A stretch of 64,000 nucleotides of DNA, from assembly GCF_000737315.1 (NCBI RefSeq), contig NZ_JMCB01000031.1:20808-84807 (forward strand), in the 5' to 3' direction. The first letter of the stretch is position 1. Each line of letters starts with the position of its first letter. Both the position numbers and the translations under genes were made by a program. Shown here in pieces: positions 33,315-43,745 of this stretch. Under the pieces are notes generated by a model. It was not told the origin of the DNA. It ran no database searches and saw only the letters and a list, made by a program, of their open reading frames with translations. This DNA is from Hyalangium minutum (lineage in GTDB: Bacteria > Myxococcota > Myxococcia > Myxococcales > Myxococcaceae).

Positions 33315-33450
33315 CGGCGCGAGGGGCACTTGCGATGCTGCTCACGTCCATCATTGGACTGAAGCTCACCGCGTGAACACAGCGCGTGGACGGGCCCCTC
33401 CACTGTGGTAGACGGCACCCGCCTCGCTCCCGCGCCCAAAGGAGGGCTCC

Positions 33451-33939
33451 GTGGAAATCACCAAAGACACTGTTGTTACCGTCGACTACCGCCTGCACCT
33501 CGGAGACGGGAAGTACATCGAGGAGAGCGAGAAGGATGATCCGCTCGTCTACCTGCACGGCTACGAGGAGATCGTCCCCGGCCTCGAGAAGGCGCTCGAG
33601 GGCAAGAAGGCTGGCGACACCCTGAAGGCCACGGTCTCTCCGGAGGATGGCTACGGCGAGTATGACCCGGACGCCGTGGAAGAAGTGCCGCGCGAGGAGT
33701 TCCCCGCGGACCTGGAGCTGGAGGCGGGCGGCATCGTCACCGCCACGGACGACGAGGGGGATGAGGTGGAGTTCACCGTCAAGGAGCTGCGCCCCAAGAC
33801 GGTGGTGGTGGACTTCAACCACTCGCTCGCGGGCAAGACGCTCCACTTCGAGGTGACCGTGCGCGAGGTCCGCAAGGCCACCGAGGAGGAGCTCGAGCAC
33901 GGCCACGTGCACAGCCCCGGCCACGACCACGACCACTGA
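33451..33939 (+). CDS. slyD: FKBP-type peptidyl-prolyl isomerase SlyD
   Basis: YLHG...PGLEKALEG, PEDGYG, DFNHSLAGKTLHFEV, His-rich tail. Confidence 0.93.
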   Translation: MEITKDTVVTVDYRLHLGDGKYIEESEKDDPLVYLHGYEEIVPGLEKALEGKKAGDTLKATVSPEDGYGEYDPDAVEEVPREEFPADLELEAGGIVTATDDEGDEVEFTVKELRPKTVVVDFNHSLAGKTLHFEVTVREVRKATEEELEHGHVHSPGHDHDH

Positions 33940-33962
33940 GTCCTCGGCCACGCTCGACGATG

Positions 33963-34150
33963 GGCCGGTGAAGGCGACCGCTCCTGGGACGGCGAAGTCC
34001 CAGAGACGGACACCGGCCTGTCCGCCTGGGGCTCGCGGCCCAGGCTCCTGCCTCGCTCCCCACCGGTCCCGCCTGCACGCCGTGCAGGCACATGGGTTGC
34101 AGTCACTCCGAGACGTCAGGGCGCTCTCGCCCCTGGGAGAGTGACTGCGC
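33963..34150 (+). promoter_or_regulatory. Hairpin-dense intergenic region / possible structured leader
   Basis: At least five 7-10 bp inverted repeats; the last one encloses the RBS of the next gene. Confidence 0.4.
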
Positions 34151-34151
34151 C

Positions 34152-36590
34152 ATGTGGCAGGACCTTCGCTTCGGTCTCCGCGTCTGGGCTCGGCAGCCCG
34201 GTCTCACCCTGATCGTGCTGCTGACCCTGGCCCTGGGGATCGGCGCGAACACGTCCCTGTTCAGCGTCATCAACGCCGTGCTGCTGCGGCCCCTCCCCTT
34301 CCCTGAGCCGGAGCGCCTCGTGCGCCTCTGGGGCGTGGACAAGGCCCAGGCGCAGCTCGCCGGGGATGCGGGCCGCAATGACTATGGCGCTTCCCCCATC
34401 GACGTCCTCGACTGGAGGGCCCAGAGCCACAGCTTCGAGGAGCTGGCCGTGACTGGCTCGGGCGGCGCGACGCTCATCACCGGGGAGGGCGGCTCGGTGC
34501 AGGTCCGGAGCGAGGGCGTCTCCCACAACTTCTTCACGCTGCTCGGCGTCTCGCCGGTGCTGGGCCGCTTCTTCGAGACGGATTCGAGCGGCAAGCCCGA
34601 AGACAAGGTCGTCGTCCTCAGCGAGTCCCTGTGGCGGCGGCAGTTCGGTGCGGATCCGTCCGTACTGGGCCGCACCGTCACCCTGGCGGGCAAGCCCTGC
34701 ACCGTCATCGGCGTCGCGCCGCTGGGGCTCGAGCCCCCCCTGTTCAGCCCCCGAGGCGCCCCGGACATCTGGCACCCGGTCGCACTGAATGAGCCTCCCT
34801 CCATGCGCGGGGTGCGCTGGTACGCCGTGCTCGGCCGCCTGCGCGAGGGCGTCACGGTGGCGCAGGCCCAGGCGGAGCTGGATGCCCTCAACCAGCGGCT
34901 GGAGATGGACTTCCCTGCCACCAACACCGGCCGGAGCGTCCTGGTGATGCCGCTGACGGAGTCCTTGGTGCAGGAGGTCCGCCCTGCCCTGCTCCTGCTG
35001 CTGGGCGCAGTGGGCTTCGTGCTGTTGATTGGCACCGCCAATGTGGCCAACCTCCTGATTGCCCGCTCCGTCACCCGCCAGCGCGAGCTGGCCATCCGCA
35101 CCGCGCTCGGTGCGAGCCGGGGCCGGCTCCTGCGCCAGTTGCTCGTCGAGAGCCTCCTGGTGGCGCTCGCGGGTGGGACGCTGGGGCTGCTGCTCGCGCT
35201 GTGGCTCACGGATGTGCTGGTCGCGCTGAGCGGCAACGGCATGCCCCGGCTCCAGTCGGTGCATGTGGATGGGCGAGTGCTGGCCTTCACGCTCGCGGTG
35301 TCGCTGTCATCGGGCCTCCTCTTCGGCCTGCTCCCGGCGCTCCAGGGCTCACGGCTTGCGCAGCAAGCGGCCGCCGGGCTGCCGGGACGCTCCGTGTCCA
35401 CGGGCCGGTCTCAGCGCTGGACCCGCCAGGCGCTCGTCGCGGGAGAGGTGGCACTCTCACTCGTGCTGCTCGTGGGGGCGGGGCTGCTGCTGCAGACGTT
35501 CTGGCGGCTGCAGCGGGTGGATCCAGGCTTCCAGCCCCAGCAGGTGCTGACGCTGGAGCTCGCCACGCCTCGGCCCTGGACCACGACCCCGGAGCAGGCC
35601 TTATCCAACTCGATGAGAATCCTGGAGGAGGTGCGCACCCTGCCCGGAGTCATCGACGCCGGGAGCATGAGCCTGCTGCCGCTGAGCGACGTCGAGGCGT
35701 GCCAGCCCGTCCGGGTGGAGAAGCGCGCTCAGGGCGCGGAGCCACCGCCTTGCGCGGAGGTGCGCACGAGCAGCCCCGGCTACTTCCGTGCCATGGGCCT
35801 GCCGCTGCTGTCCGGGCGGTTGTTCGATGCGCGCGACACCCAGGGCCAGCCCCGGGTGGTGGTCATCAACAGCGCCATGGCCCGCCGCTTCTTCCCGGGC
35901 GAGAGCCCGCTCGGCAAGCGGATCGCCGCGGGCTCCTCGGCGGAGCCCCCTTGGATGGAGGTCATCGGCGTGGTGGGGGACGTGCACCACTTCGGGCCCA
36001 GCAAGGCGCCCGTGCCGGAGTTCTACAAGGCCCAGTTCCAGGATCCGGTGTGGACCTACTGGCTGGTGGTGCGCTCGGAGCGGGAGGCGGGCCAGGTCCT
36101 CTCCGCCGTGCGAGGAGCCATCCGGCGCATCGACCCAGAGATTCCCGTGTTCAACGTCCGCACGGCGGAGGAGCTGCTGTCCGGCTCCGTGGCCCAGCCG
36201 CGCTTCCGGGCCCTGCTGCTGGGCGCGTTCGCGGCGCTGGCCATGCTGCTGGCGGCGCTGGGCATCGCGGGCGTCGTCTCCTGGTCGGTGGCACAGCGCA
36301 CGCGGGAGATTGGCATCCGGGTGGCGCTGGGTGCGCAGCCCCGGGATGTGCTGCGGATGGTGATGGGGCAAGGTCTCGCCGCGGTGCTGGTGGGCGTGGC
36401 GCTGGGGCTTGCCGGAGCGCTCGCGCTCACCCGGGTGCTGGAAGGGCTGCTCTTCGAGCTCACCGCGACGGACCCACTCACCTTCGCCAGCGGCGTGGTG
36501 GCGCTGACGGGTACCGCGCTGTTGGCCAGCTACCTGCCCACGCGCCGGGCGCTGCGGATCGATCCGGCCGAGGCCCTGCGGCTCGAATAG
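34152..36590 (+). CDS. ADOP/MacB-family duplicated ABC transporter permease
   Basis: [37 protein letters not shown]; two MacB_PCD/FtsX halves. Confidence 0.92.
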   Translation: MWQDLRFGLRVWARQPGLTLIVLLTLALGIGANTSLFSVINAVLLRPLPFPEPERLVRLWGVDKAQAQLAGDAGRNDYGASPIDVLDWRAQSHSFEELAVTGSGGATLITGEGGSVQVRSEGVSHNFFTLLGVSPVLGRFFETDSSGKPEDKVVVLSESLWRRQFGADPSVLGRTVTLAGKPCTVIGVAPLGLEPPLFSPRGAPDIWHPVALNEPPSMRGVRWYAVLGRLREGVTVAQAQAELDALNQRLEMDFPATNTGRSVLVMPLTESLVQEVRPALLLLLGAVGFVLLIGTANVANLLIARSVTRQRELAIRTALGASRGRLLRQLLVESLLVALAGGTLGLLLALWLTDVLVALSGNGMPRLQSVHVDGRVLAFTLAVSLSSGLLFGLLPALQGSRLAQQAAAGLPGRSVSTGRSQRWTRQALVAGEVALSLVLLVGAGLLLQTFWRLQRVDPGFQPQQVLTLELATPRPWTTTPEQALSNSMRILEEVRTLPGVIDAGSMSLLPLSDVEACQPVRVEKRAQGAEPPPCAEVRTSSPGYFRAMGLPLLSGRLFDARDTQGQPRVVVINSAMARRFFPGESPLGKRIAAGSSAEPPWMEVIGVVGDVHHFGPSKAPVPEFYKAQFQDPVWTYWLVVRSEREAGQVLSAVRGAIRRIDPEIPVFNVRTAEELLSGSVAQPRFRALLLGAFAALAMLLAALGIAGVVSWSVAQRTREIGIRVALGAQPRDVLRMVMGQGLAAVLVGVALGLAGALALTRVLEGLLFELTATDPLTFASGVVALTGTALLASYLPTRRALRIDPAEALRLE

Positions 36591-36620
36591 AGGAGGCGCT
36601 GTCCGGCGCCCCCGGGCGGC

Positions 36621-38396
36621 TCACAGCCGCAGCTTCTTCGCGGTGGTCTGCCCGGCGCGAATCTCCACCTCGATGACGGTGGAGATGTTCTTCTCCTCGT
36701 TGACGAGCTTGAGCTGGTATTTCCCGGCAGGCAGCTGCACGTCGATGAGCGGAGTGTCTCCCAGCCGCTGCTTGCGCAGGAAGACGCGGGTCCACGGCGT
36801 CGTGTCCAGGGTCAGCTTGCCCATGGCCGCCTTCTTCGCCGGCCGGCTCTGCGAAGCACTGGGGGACGCAGTCTCGGTGGACGTGGGAGGAGGATTCGGC
36901 GTGGGGGCGGGCTCCACCGCCAGGGCGAGCAGCACCATGGCTCGCTCGCCAGGGTTGGCCAGCTTCACCTGCCGCTCCGCGGGCAGCCGTCCCTCCAGCG
37001 AGGCGGCCACGCTGTGCTCGCCCACGCTGAGCGTGTCGAGTGTCAGCGGTGAGTGCCCCACCTCCTGGCCGTCCACCTTGATCAGCGCGCCGGGAGGATC
37101 CGTCTCGATGGTGAGGATCGGCGGCGCGGGAGCCACGGGCGGTGTGGCCACCGGAGGGGGCACCGGCTCTACCGACCCACCGGAGCGCAGGGCGAAGAAA
37201 GCGCCCATGCCCCCGAGCAACAACAGCCCGCCCACGGCGGCGGCGGTCATCGATAGCCGGGACCGCTTGCGCAGGGACTGCTCCAGCGTGGTCTCCTCAT
37301 CCACCTGGGCGCGCCCGGGCATGGAATCGCCCGTGTTGCTGCTCACGGCGCGGCGGATGCCCGTCGAGGAGACCTCACCGTTGCGGGCCGCCTCCAACAT
37401 CTTCGCCCGCTCCTGGATGCGCGCGCCGAAGCGCTCGTGCATGTAGGCGGCGAGCTCGGCGGCACCGGGCACCTCGGGCTGGCTGCGCAGCCACTCCTCC
37501 AGCGCGTACTGGAACTGGCGTCCGGTGGAGTAGCGCTGGTCCGGGTCTCTCGCGAGCGCCCGGGCAATGATGAGGCCCAGGGTGGCGGGAACCTCGGGGT
37601 TCCGCTCGTGCGCCAGGGGAATGGGGTCATCGCTGGCCACCACCCGCAGCGCCTCGAGCGGATCGGAGAACTGGAAGAGCCGCGAGCGCGTCACCAGCTC
37701 GAACAAGAGGATGCCCAGCGCGAAGATGTCACTGCGCGCGTCGAGGGACTGGCCCTTGGCCTGCTCGGGCGACATGTACGCCGTCTTGCCCTTGACCTGG
37801 CCCACCATGGTCTGGCTCTCGCGGGTGGCCGCCTTGGCGATGCCGAAGTCCACCACCTTCACCACGCCGTCGTAGGTGACGAGGATGTTCTGCGGGGACA
37901 CGTCCCGGTGGACGATGCCGAGCAGCTTCCCGTCCGGGCCCGTCTTGGTGTGGGCGTAGGCCAGGCCCTCGGCGGCGTCGGCGATGACGCGCACCGCCAA
38001 GGGGATGGGCAGCGGCTGGCTCTGGCGCGCGCCAGTGCGTGCGATGGCGGCCAGGTTCTCACCCGGCAGGTACTCCATCGCGATGAAGAAGGCCCCCGCC
38101 TCCTCGCCCAGGTCGAAGATCTGGACGATGTGGGGGTGGTTGAGCTGCGCGGCGATCCGAGCCTCGTCCAGGAACATGGCGACGAACTCGGGATCGGTGC
38201 CCAGCCCATCCAGGATGCGCTTGATGACGACGAACTTCTCGAAGCCCTTGAGCCCCGCCTGGCGGGCCAGCCAGATCTCCGCCATGCCCCCCACGGCGAT
38301 CCGCGCCAGCAGGTGATAGCGGCCCACCGTCAGCCCCTGATGCCAGACGGCAGGGACGGCCTCGAAGGGGGCCTCGGTGTGGGGGGTGTTGCTCAC
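36621..38396 (-). CDS. Membrane Ser/Thr protein kinase with extracytoplasmic PEGA domains
   Basis: GGMAEIW, HRDVSPQN, DFGIAK, YMSPEQ; TM segment; IETDPPGA and LDTTPW PEGA-type motifs. Confidence 0.93.
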   Translation of the reverse strand: MSNTPHTEAPFEAVPAVWHQGLTVGRYHLLARIAVGGMAEIWLARQAGLKGFEKFVVIKRILDGLGTDPEFVAMFLDEARIAAQLNHPHIVQIFDLGEEAGAFFIAMEYLPGENLAAIARTGARQSQPLPIPLAVRVIADAAEGLAYAHTKTGPDGKLLGIVHRDVSPQNILVTYDGVVKVVDFGIAKAATRESQTMVGQVKGKTAYMSPEQAKGQSLDARSDIFALGILLFELVTRSRLFQFSDPLEALRVVASDDPIPLAHERNPEVPATLGLIIARALARDPDQRYSTGRQFQYALEEWLRSQPEVPGAAELAAYMHERFGARIQERAKMLEAARNGEVSSTGIRRAVSSNTGDSMPGRAQVDEETTLEQSLRKRSRLSMTAAAVGGLLLLGGMGAFFALRSGGSVEPVPPPVATPPVAPAPPILTIETDPPGALIKVDGQEVGHSPLTLDTLSVGEHSVAASLEGRLPAERQVKLANPGERAMVLLALAVEPAPTPNPPPTSTETASPSASQSRPAKKAAMGKLTLDTTPWTRVFLRKQRLGDTPLIDVQLPAGKYQLKLVNEEKNISTVIEVEIRAGQTTAKKLRL

Positions 38397-38472
38397 GTGG
38401 GAACTTTCTTCATCCTTGAAGGGGACTGTCAATTCGACGCTCCGCCAGAGCAGCGACTAACATGGATCCTCC

Positions 38473-39513
38473 GTGTCTCGCCTCCCCCCACTCCTCGTCT
38501 TCACCCTCGCCCTGCTCCTGGCCCCGGTGGCGTGGGGACAAACGCCCAATCCGGATCTATCCCGGGCCCGCGAGTCTCTGGAAGCACTGCGCTATAGCGA
38601 GGCCACCAAAGCCCTGGAGGCGGCCCGCGCCCGCCCTGGCAATGACCGGGAGACGCTCCTGCAAATTCTGGAGCTTCAGGGCGTGGTGGCCGCCATGCTC
38701 AACCAGTCCGCCAAGGCGCGCACGGCCTTCCAGACGCTGGCGGTCCTGGCCCCGGAGCACCAGCTCACGGGGGACTACGCCCCCCGGGTGGTGACGCCCT
38801 TCTTCGAGGCCAAGGGCTGGGTGGCTGATCAGAATGCCGAGCTGCGCTTCGAGACGGCCCCCGCGGAGAAGACCGGGCACAACATCGAGAGTCTGGCCGT
38901 GCAGGCGACCTCGGACGTCCTGAAGCTGGGACGCTCCGTGCGCTTTCACTTACACCCTGAGGGAAACACCTGGACGGAGCAGGAGAGCCCGCTGGTGGGC
39001 GGCCAGGCGTCGGTGGAGGTGAAGGGTGAACGGATCCGATGGTGGGCAGAGCTGCTCGACGAGCAGCAGGCTGTGCTCGCCCAGGTGGGCAGCGCCGAGG
39101 CCCCCCTGACGGAGCTCTCGCCCCGGCTGGAAGCGCTTGCACGCGCCCTGACCGAGCCGGTGAACCCCGAGGACTCCGGGAGTCACTCCTCCTTGCGCAC
39201 CGCGTCGTATGCCCTCCTGGGGGCGGCGGTGGGAACGGGTGCGGCGGGCGGGTACTTCGGGTGGCGCTCGCGCAGCGCCCGGAAGGAGCTCGAGGACGCG
39301 CCAGTGAATGAGCAGGGTGTCACCGTAGGCATCACCCAGCGCGAGGCGGTAGCGCTTGATGAGCGGGCCCGCTCCAGCGCCAAGGTGGCCAACATCCTCT
39401 TCGGGGTGGCGGGTGCCACGGCCATCGTGGGAGGAACGCTCTGGGTGCTCGGCGCGCCTGTGACGGTCTCTGCGGCCCCCACGGGGGTTACGGTCGGAGG
39501 TGAGTTCCCATGA
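38473..39513 (+). CDS. Exported TPR-like protein with hydrophobic C-terminal segments
   Basis: Signal peptide, helical N-terminal domain, C-terminal YALLGAAVGTGAAGGYFG and ILFGVAGATAIVGG. Confidence 0.75.
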   Translation: MSRLPPLLVFTLALLLAPVAWGQTPNPDLSRARESLEALRYSEATKALEAARARPGNDRETLLQILELQGVVAAMLNQSAKARTAFQTLAVLAPEHQLTGDYAPRVVTPFFEAKGWVADQNAELRFETAPAEKTGHNIESLAVQATSDVLKLGRSVRFHLHPEGNTWTEQESPLVGGQASVEVKGERIRWWAELLDEQQAVLAQVGSAEAPLTELSPRLEALARALTEPVNPEDSGSHSSLRTASYALLGAAVGTGAAGGYFGWRSRSARKELEDAPVNEQGVTVGITQREAVALDERARSSAKVANILFGVAGATAIVGGTLWVLGAPVTVSAAPTGVTVGGEFP

Positions 39514-41507
39514 GGGCCTCGCGGTCTCGCGTCCTCGGGTGGTTCTTCGCGCTGGGAATGGCGTTGCTGGCCTCGGTGCAGGGCTGTGACTGTGGCTCCA
39601 CGGGGCTCGACACGCGCCGCTTCGCCTGCACCCAGGACGACGAGTGCGCCTCGGGTTTCGTCTGCCGCGAGGGCGAGTGCCAGCCCGAAGGCTCCACGGT
39701 GGAGGATGGGGGCGTGGACGGGGGAACCCCGGATGGAGGCGGCGACGGAGGCCCCACGGACGGGACGGATGGAGGCACGCTGCCGGATGGCGGCACGCCG
39801 GCTCGGCCCACTCAGATCACCTTCGTCACCCCCGTGCAGACGATGGTTCCGGCGGGCGCGTGCTCGACCGCGACCATCGAAGCCCGGGACGCGAATGGAA
39901 GCGCCGCTCCGGTGGCCGCCAACACGGTCCTGAGCCTCGTCTCGCAGCCGGGCGCGGGCGCGGGCTTCAGATTCTACAGCGATTCCGGCTGCACCACCTC
40001 CACGAGCACAATGACGATGGCCGCGGGCACCAGCCGCGCCACCTTCTACTTCCGAGGCACCTTGGCGCGCTCCTACCGGCTCACCGTGTCGGCCACAGGG
40101 CTGGGGTCCGTGCAGCAGACGGAGTCCATCGTGGCTGGCGCACCGGCGAGCCTGGTCTTCATCAGCGATCCTCAGACTGTCCAGGCCGGAGTCTGCTCCT
40201 CCCGGGTAGACCTGGAGCTCCGCGACGCCTACGGCAACGCCACCCCGATGCCCACGCAGACCTCCGCCACACTGCTGGCGCAGGAGGGCTCGGGCATCGT
40301 GTTCTTCTTCGACTCGGACTGCGACACCGCCACCTCGGAGGCGGTGTTCCCGGCGGGCAGTGCGCGGACCAGCTTCTACTTCGGGAGCAAGACGGGCGGC
40401 ACGTTCAACGTGTCCACCACCACGGGGCTGCTCACGGCGACGCAGCGCGAGACGATCCTGCCCGTGGTGCGCACGGGCAGCTGCCCTCTGGAAGAGGGCG
40501 AGGGATGGGTGACGTGCTCCATCTCTCCGCCTCAGGTGGACATGTCGAAGACGCTGCTGATGTTCCAGGCCAGTTCTGACGACGACAGCCCCGACAGCGC
40601 GAGCCTGAACTGCTCGCTCACGTCCGAGAGCACCATCACCTGCAGCCGGAACGACTTCGACGACGGAGATGAGCCCGAGATCCTCATCCGCTGGCAGACG
40701 GCGGAGCTGGCCACGGGATTGAATGTCCAGCACCTGCAGGCCGAGTGCAGCGGGGAGCCGGAGACCGAGCTGCCCATCGAGCCCGTCTCCAGCCTGCTGA
40801 ACACCTTTTTGCTGGTGAGCTCCGAGCAGAACGGCTCCACCCAGGGAGACGATGACTACTACACCGCGTCCATGTCCGCGGTGGACCATGTGGACCTGAA
40901 CTTCTCCTCGGACTGCCAGTTGAGCTGGACGGCCTCGGTTCAGGTCGTGGAGTACCAGGGCACCGACGTCACCCGGGGGCTGACGGGGAGCATGAACGGC
41001 ACCTCGCTCGTCGTCTCCAACCTGCCGCCCGTGGACCTGGGCTCCACGGCGCTGCTCTTCACCTACCGGACGACAGGCGCCGACAACACGTCGGTCATGT
41101 GTGACCGCATCCTTCGCGGAGAGCTCACCTCGCCCACCTCCATCACCTTCACGCGCGGAAGTGGGGCCACGGGGTGCGCGGCCGCAACCATCAACTCCAT
41201 CTCCTGGGAGCGCATCCAGTTCAACGAGCGGGCCCGGGCGCAGCACTTCAATGTGACCATGGGCTCGTCCACCACGACGGTCAACGTGCCGGTGACGTCC
41301 GTGGACACGACGCGCACGCTGGTCTTCGCCAGCGGCCAGATCCAGTCCGGCCAGGGGAGCGGGGAGACGTCCTACTCCGGGGACGACATCATCGGTGCGG
41401 CCCTGGGCTGGCACACGCTCACCTCGCCCACGAACCTGCGGGTGACTCGCGGCGCCGCGCTGGGCACCGCGAGGTTCTACTCCACCGCCCTGCAGCTCGA
41501 GCCCTGA
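39510..41507 (+). CDS. Surface lipoprotein/adhesin: Cys-rich motif, DGG linker, two Ig-like domains, four tandem beta-domains
   Basis: Lipobox VQGC; CTQDDECASGFVCREGEC; ATGA overlap with the upstream gene. Confidence 0.75.
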   Translation: MRASRSRVLGWFFALGMALLASVQGCDCGSTGLDTRRFACTQDDECASGFVCREGECQPEGSTVEDGGVDGGTPDGGGDGGPTDGTDGGTLPDGGTPARPTQITFVTPVQTMVPAGACSTATIEARDANGSAAPVAANTVLSLVSQPGAGAGFRFYSDSGCTTSTSTMTMAAGTSRATFYFRGTLARSYRLTVSATGLGSVQQTESIVAGAPASLVFISDPQTVQAGVCSSRVDLELRDAYGNATPMPTQTSATLLAQEGSGIVFFFDSDCDTATSEAVFPAGSARTSFYFGSKTGGTFNVSTTTGLLTATQRETILPVVRTGSCPLEEGEGWVTCSISPPQVDMSKTLLMFQASSDDDSPDSASLNCSLTSESTITCSRNDFDDGDEPEILIRWQTAELATGLNVQHLQAECSGEPETELPIEPVSSLLNTFLLVSSEQNGSTQGDDDYYTASMSAVDHVDLNFSSDCQLSWTASVQVVEYQGTDVTRGLTGSMNGTSLVVSNLPPVDLGSTALLFTYRTTGADNTSVMCDRILRGELTSPTSITFTRGSGATGCAAATINSISWERIQFNERARAQHFNVTMGSSTTTVNVPVTSVDTTRTLVFASGQIQSGQGSGETSYSGDDIIGAALGWHTLTSPTNLRVTRGAALGTARFYSTALQLEP

Positions 41508-41567
41508 GCTGCCGCTGGGCGAAGGGGCTCACGGGTGGAGTGCACCTCCACCCGGAGCCGGTACGGC

Positions 41568-42200
41568 TTAGAAGCGGCGGCGGTCCTCGCGGCGATCCTC
41601 CCGCTTCTCGCGCTGGTCCTCCCGCAACTCCTGGTGGTTCTGGTTCAGCTCCTGCTGGCCGAGGTTGATGAGCTGGACGATCAGCGAGCGCGTCCGCTGC
41701 AGGTCATACATGTGGCGGCTACCCATCAGAGGGTACAGCTCGCGGGCAATCGCCATCCGCGTCCTCAGCGATTGAGCCTCCGCACGCGCGTCCTGCACGT
41801 CATCGCGCCGGTCGCGGCGGTCATCCTTGAAGGCCGCGGGCCTGCCCCACAGGTCGCCGCGGCGGTCACCGCGCACCTCGCGGTTGTCACGGCGAATCTC
41901 CTTCTTGTCACGCTGCAGCTCGGCTTGGCTCTCGGCCAGTTCCTCGTGGAGCAGCTCGCGCAGCCGGGTCTCCACCGAGGCCATCTCTCGCTCATTCCGA
42001 TTGGCCCACGCCGCGTCGAAGCGCGTCAGCACGGTCTGCAGCTCGGCCAGATCGCGCCGGTCGTCGCGAATCTCGCGCTTGTCCTGGCGGATTTCCTGGC
42101 GGTCCTGCCGGCGCTCCTGGCGGTTGCGCCAGTCCTGGGCGTGCGCCGCGCCAGCGAGGAAGAGGGAGCCAATCAGGAGGGCAGAAGAGAATCGGTTCAT
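41568..42200 (-). CDS. Secreted charged-repeat (DRR/DKREIR) helical protein
   Basis: Signal peptide ending AAHA; repeated RQDKREIRDDRRD-type units. Confidence 0.8.
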   Translation of the reverse strand: MNRFSSALLIGSLFLAGAAHAQDWRNRQERRQDRQEIRQDKREIRDDRRDLAELQTVLTRFDAAWANRNEREMASVETRLRELLHEELAESQAELQRDKKEIRRDNREVRGDRRGDLWGRPAAFKDDRRDRRDDVQDARAEAQSLRTRMAIARELYPLMGSRHMYDLQRTRSLIVQLINLGQQELNQNHQELREDQREKREDRREDRRRF

Positions 42201-42359
42201 GATGGGAGTGTCCGAAAAGGTGGGTTGCTGCGCGCCAGCGGCGCTTCTGTGTACGCCATTCTAGACGCGCCTCGCCGCCGCTTATTCGAGCCCCCACCGT
42301 CTTCGCTGGCGGACCGTCGCGCTTGACAGGGTGGGAGCCCGGCTGCTCTCACCTCGTCC

Positions 42360-43745
42360 ATGCTCTCGCTCCTCCTGGCCGCCACGCTCGCGGCGGCTCC
42401 CGCGCCTCGCGCCCTCGACTCGGCGAACACCGTCGTCCACATCCCCCAGCCGGCCAAGCTCTCCGGCCTCTATGCCTTCATGTCTCGCGCCGGGGTGCAC
42501 GCCGCGCTCGCGCGCCCCGCCACCTGGAGCGCCGAGTTCCACCCGTTCCTCGCGCTGGACCCCATGCGCCCGGAGACGCTCACCGCCGCGGGCATCGATC
42601 CGGCCAGCCCTGCCACGATCTCCTTTATAGAGCGGGGCGAGGTCTCCTGCTCCCGGCTCTCGGACCCGCAGGCCTTCCAGACCCAGGCCCTCGAGGCGCT
42701 CTCCTCCACCACCTCGGTGAAGCCCACCACCGCCAAAGGCATCACCACCGCCAGCGCCCCCCGAGGCACCGGCCGCGCCGGCTATGTCCTCAAGGGCCAG
42801 GAGGCGTGCTCCTTTGCCACCCTCTATGACGATGACGATCTGCTCAAGGCCACCCTCAAGCTGATGGGCAAGACGCCCGCTCCGGATGCGCGCCTCACCA
42901 AGCTCCCCGGCGCCGTCTACGTCATCCAGGGCGCCACCGTGGTGGGCCTCGACGGCACCGCGGACACCCTCCAGGCCGAGGGCACCTCCACCCGCCTCCC
43001 CCTGCCCCCCTTCCAAGCCTCGCCCACCAGCCCCTACGGCGCCCTGAAGCTGGACGGCCTCCTCATCAGCCGCGCGCAGGTGGCCCCCGCGGGGCTCTCG
43101 CAGGCCGTGGGCGCCGTGCGCTACAGCGTCCAGCAGGTGTGCCCCACCTGCCCGCCCGACCAGGTCCAGGCCGTGGCCGAGGCCATCACCCAGCAGCTCA
43201 CAGGACACCTCCTCGTGCTCGTCGACAGCGTGCAGGTGAAGGCCTCACTGCGCACCCCCGAGGGCCGCTTCTTCGCCCCCCGCCAGGCCGTCGCCGCTCA
43301 GGTGAAGGACGCCGCGAAGCTCAAGGAGGCGCTCGCACCCCTCGCGAACTTCCCCGGCGCCCAGGCCCTCGCGGATGGGTACACGCTGGCCCTCAAAGGA
43401 GGCACCGTCTCCGTGCGCCAGAAGGGCTCGCACCTCGTGCTCGGCAATGACGAGGCCGTGGTGAACACCCTGCTCGGCGCCCTCTCGGACAAGGCCGCCG
43501 CGAAGCTCCCTCACGCCGTGGACTTCACCGCCGACCCCAAGAAGGTGGCGCGCGGCCTCTCCCAGGTGTCGCTGCTCGACATCATGGCCAACCAGCAGCT
43601 CGCGGGCCTCTTCGCCGCGAGCGCCGAGATGGGCCCTCTGCTCGCCAACAGTGAGCGCATCTCCGGGTGGCTCGACAGCGCGCCCGGAGGGGGGCACCGC
43701 TTCTCCACCACGTGGACCCTGGCCGCCTCCGCCGGCAAGCCCTGA
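42360..43745 (+). CDS. Exported hypothetical protein
   Basis: 461 aa, signal peptide MLSLLLAATLAA, strong GC3 bias. Confidence 0.75.
   Translation: MLSLLLAATLAAAPAPRALDSANTVVHIPQPAKLSGLYAFMSRAGVHAALARPATWSAEFHPFLALDPMRPETLTAAGIDPASPATISFIERGEVSCSRLSDPQAFQTQALEALSSTTSVKPTTAKGITTASAPRGTGRAGYVLKGQEACSFATLYDDDDLLKATLKLMGKTPAPDARLTKLPGAVYVIQGATVVGLDGTADTLQAEGTSTRLPLPPFQASPTSPYGALKLDGLLISRAQVAPAGLSQAVGAVRYSVQQVCPTCPPDQVQAVAEAITQQLTGHLLVLVDSVQVKASLRTPEGRFFAPRQAVAAQVKDAAKLKEALAPLANFPGAQALADGYTLALKGGTVSVRQKGSHLVLGNDEAVVNTLLGALSDKAAAKLPHAVDFTADPKKVARGLSQVSLLDIMANQQLAGLFAASAEMGPLLANSERISGWLDSAPGGGHRFSTTWTLAASAGKP

Noticed and set aside
39183-41414. 743-aa minus-strand ORF
   Set aside because: Shadow of the adhesin gene.
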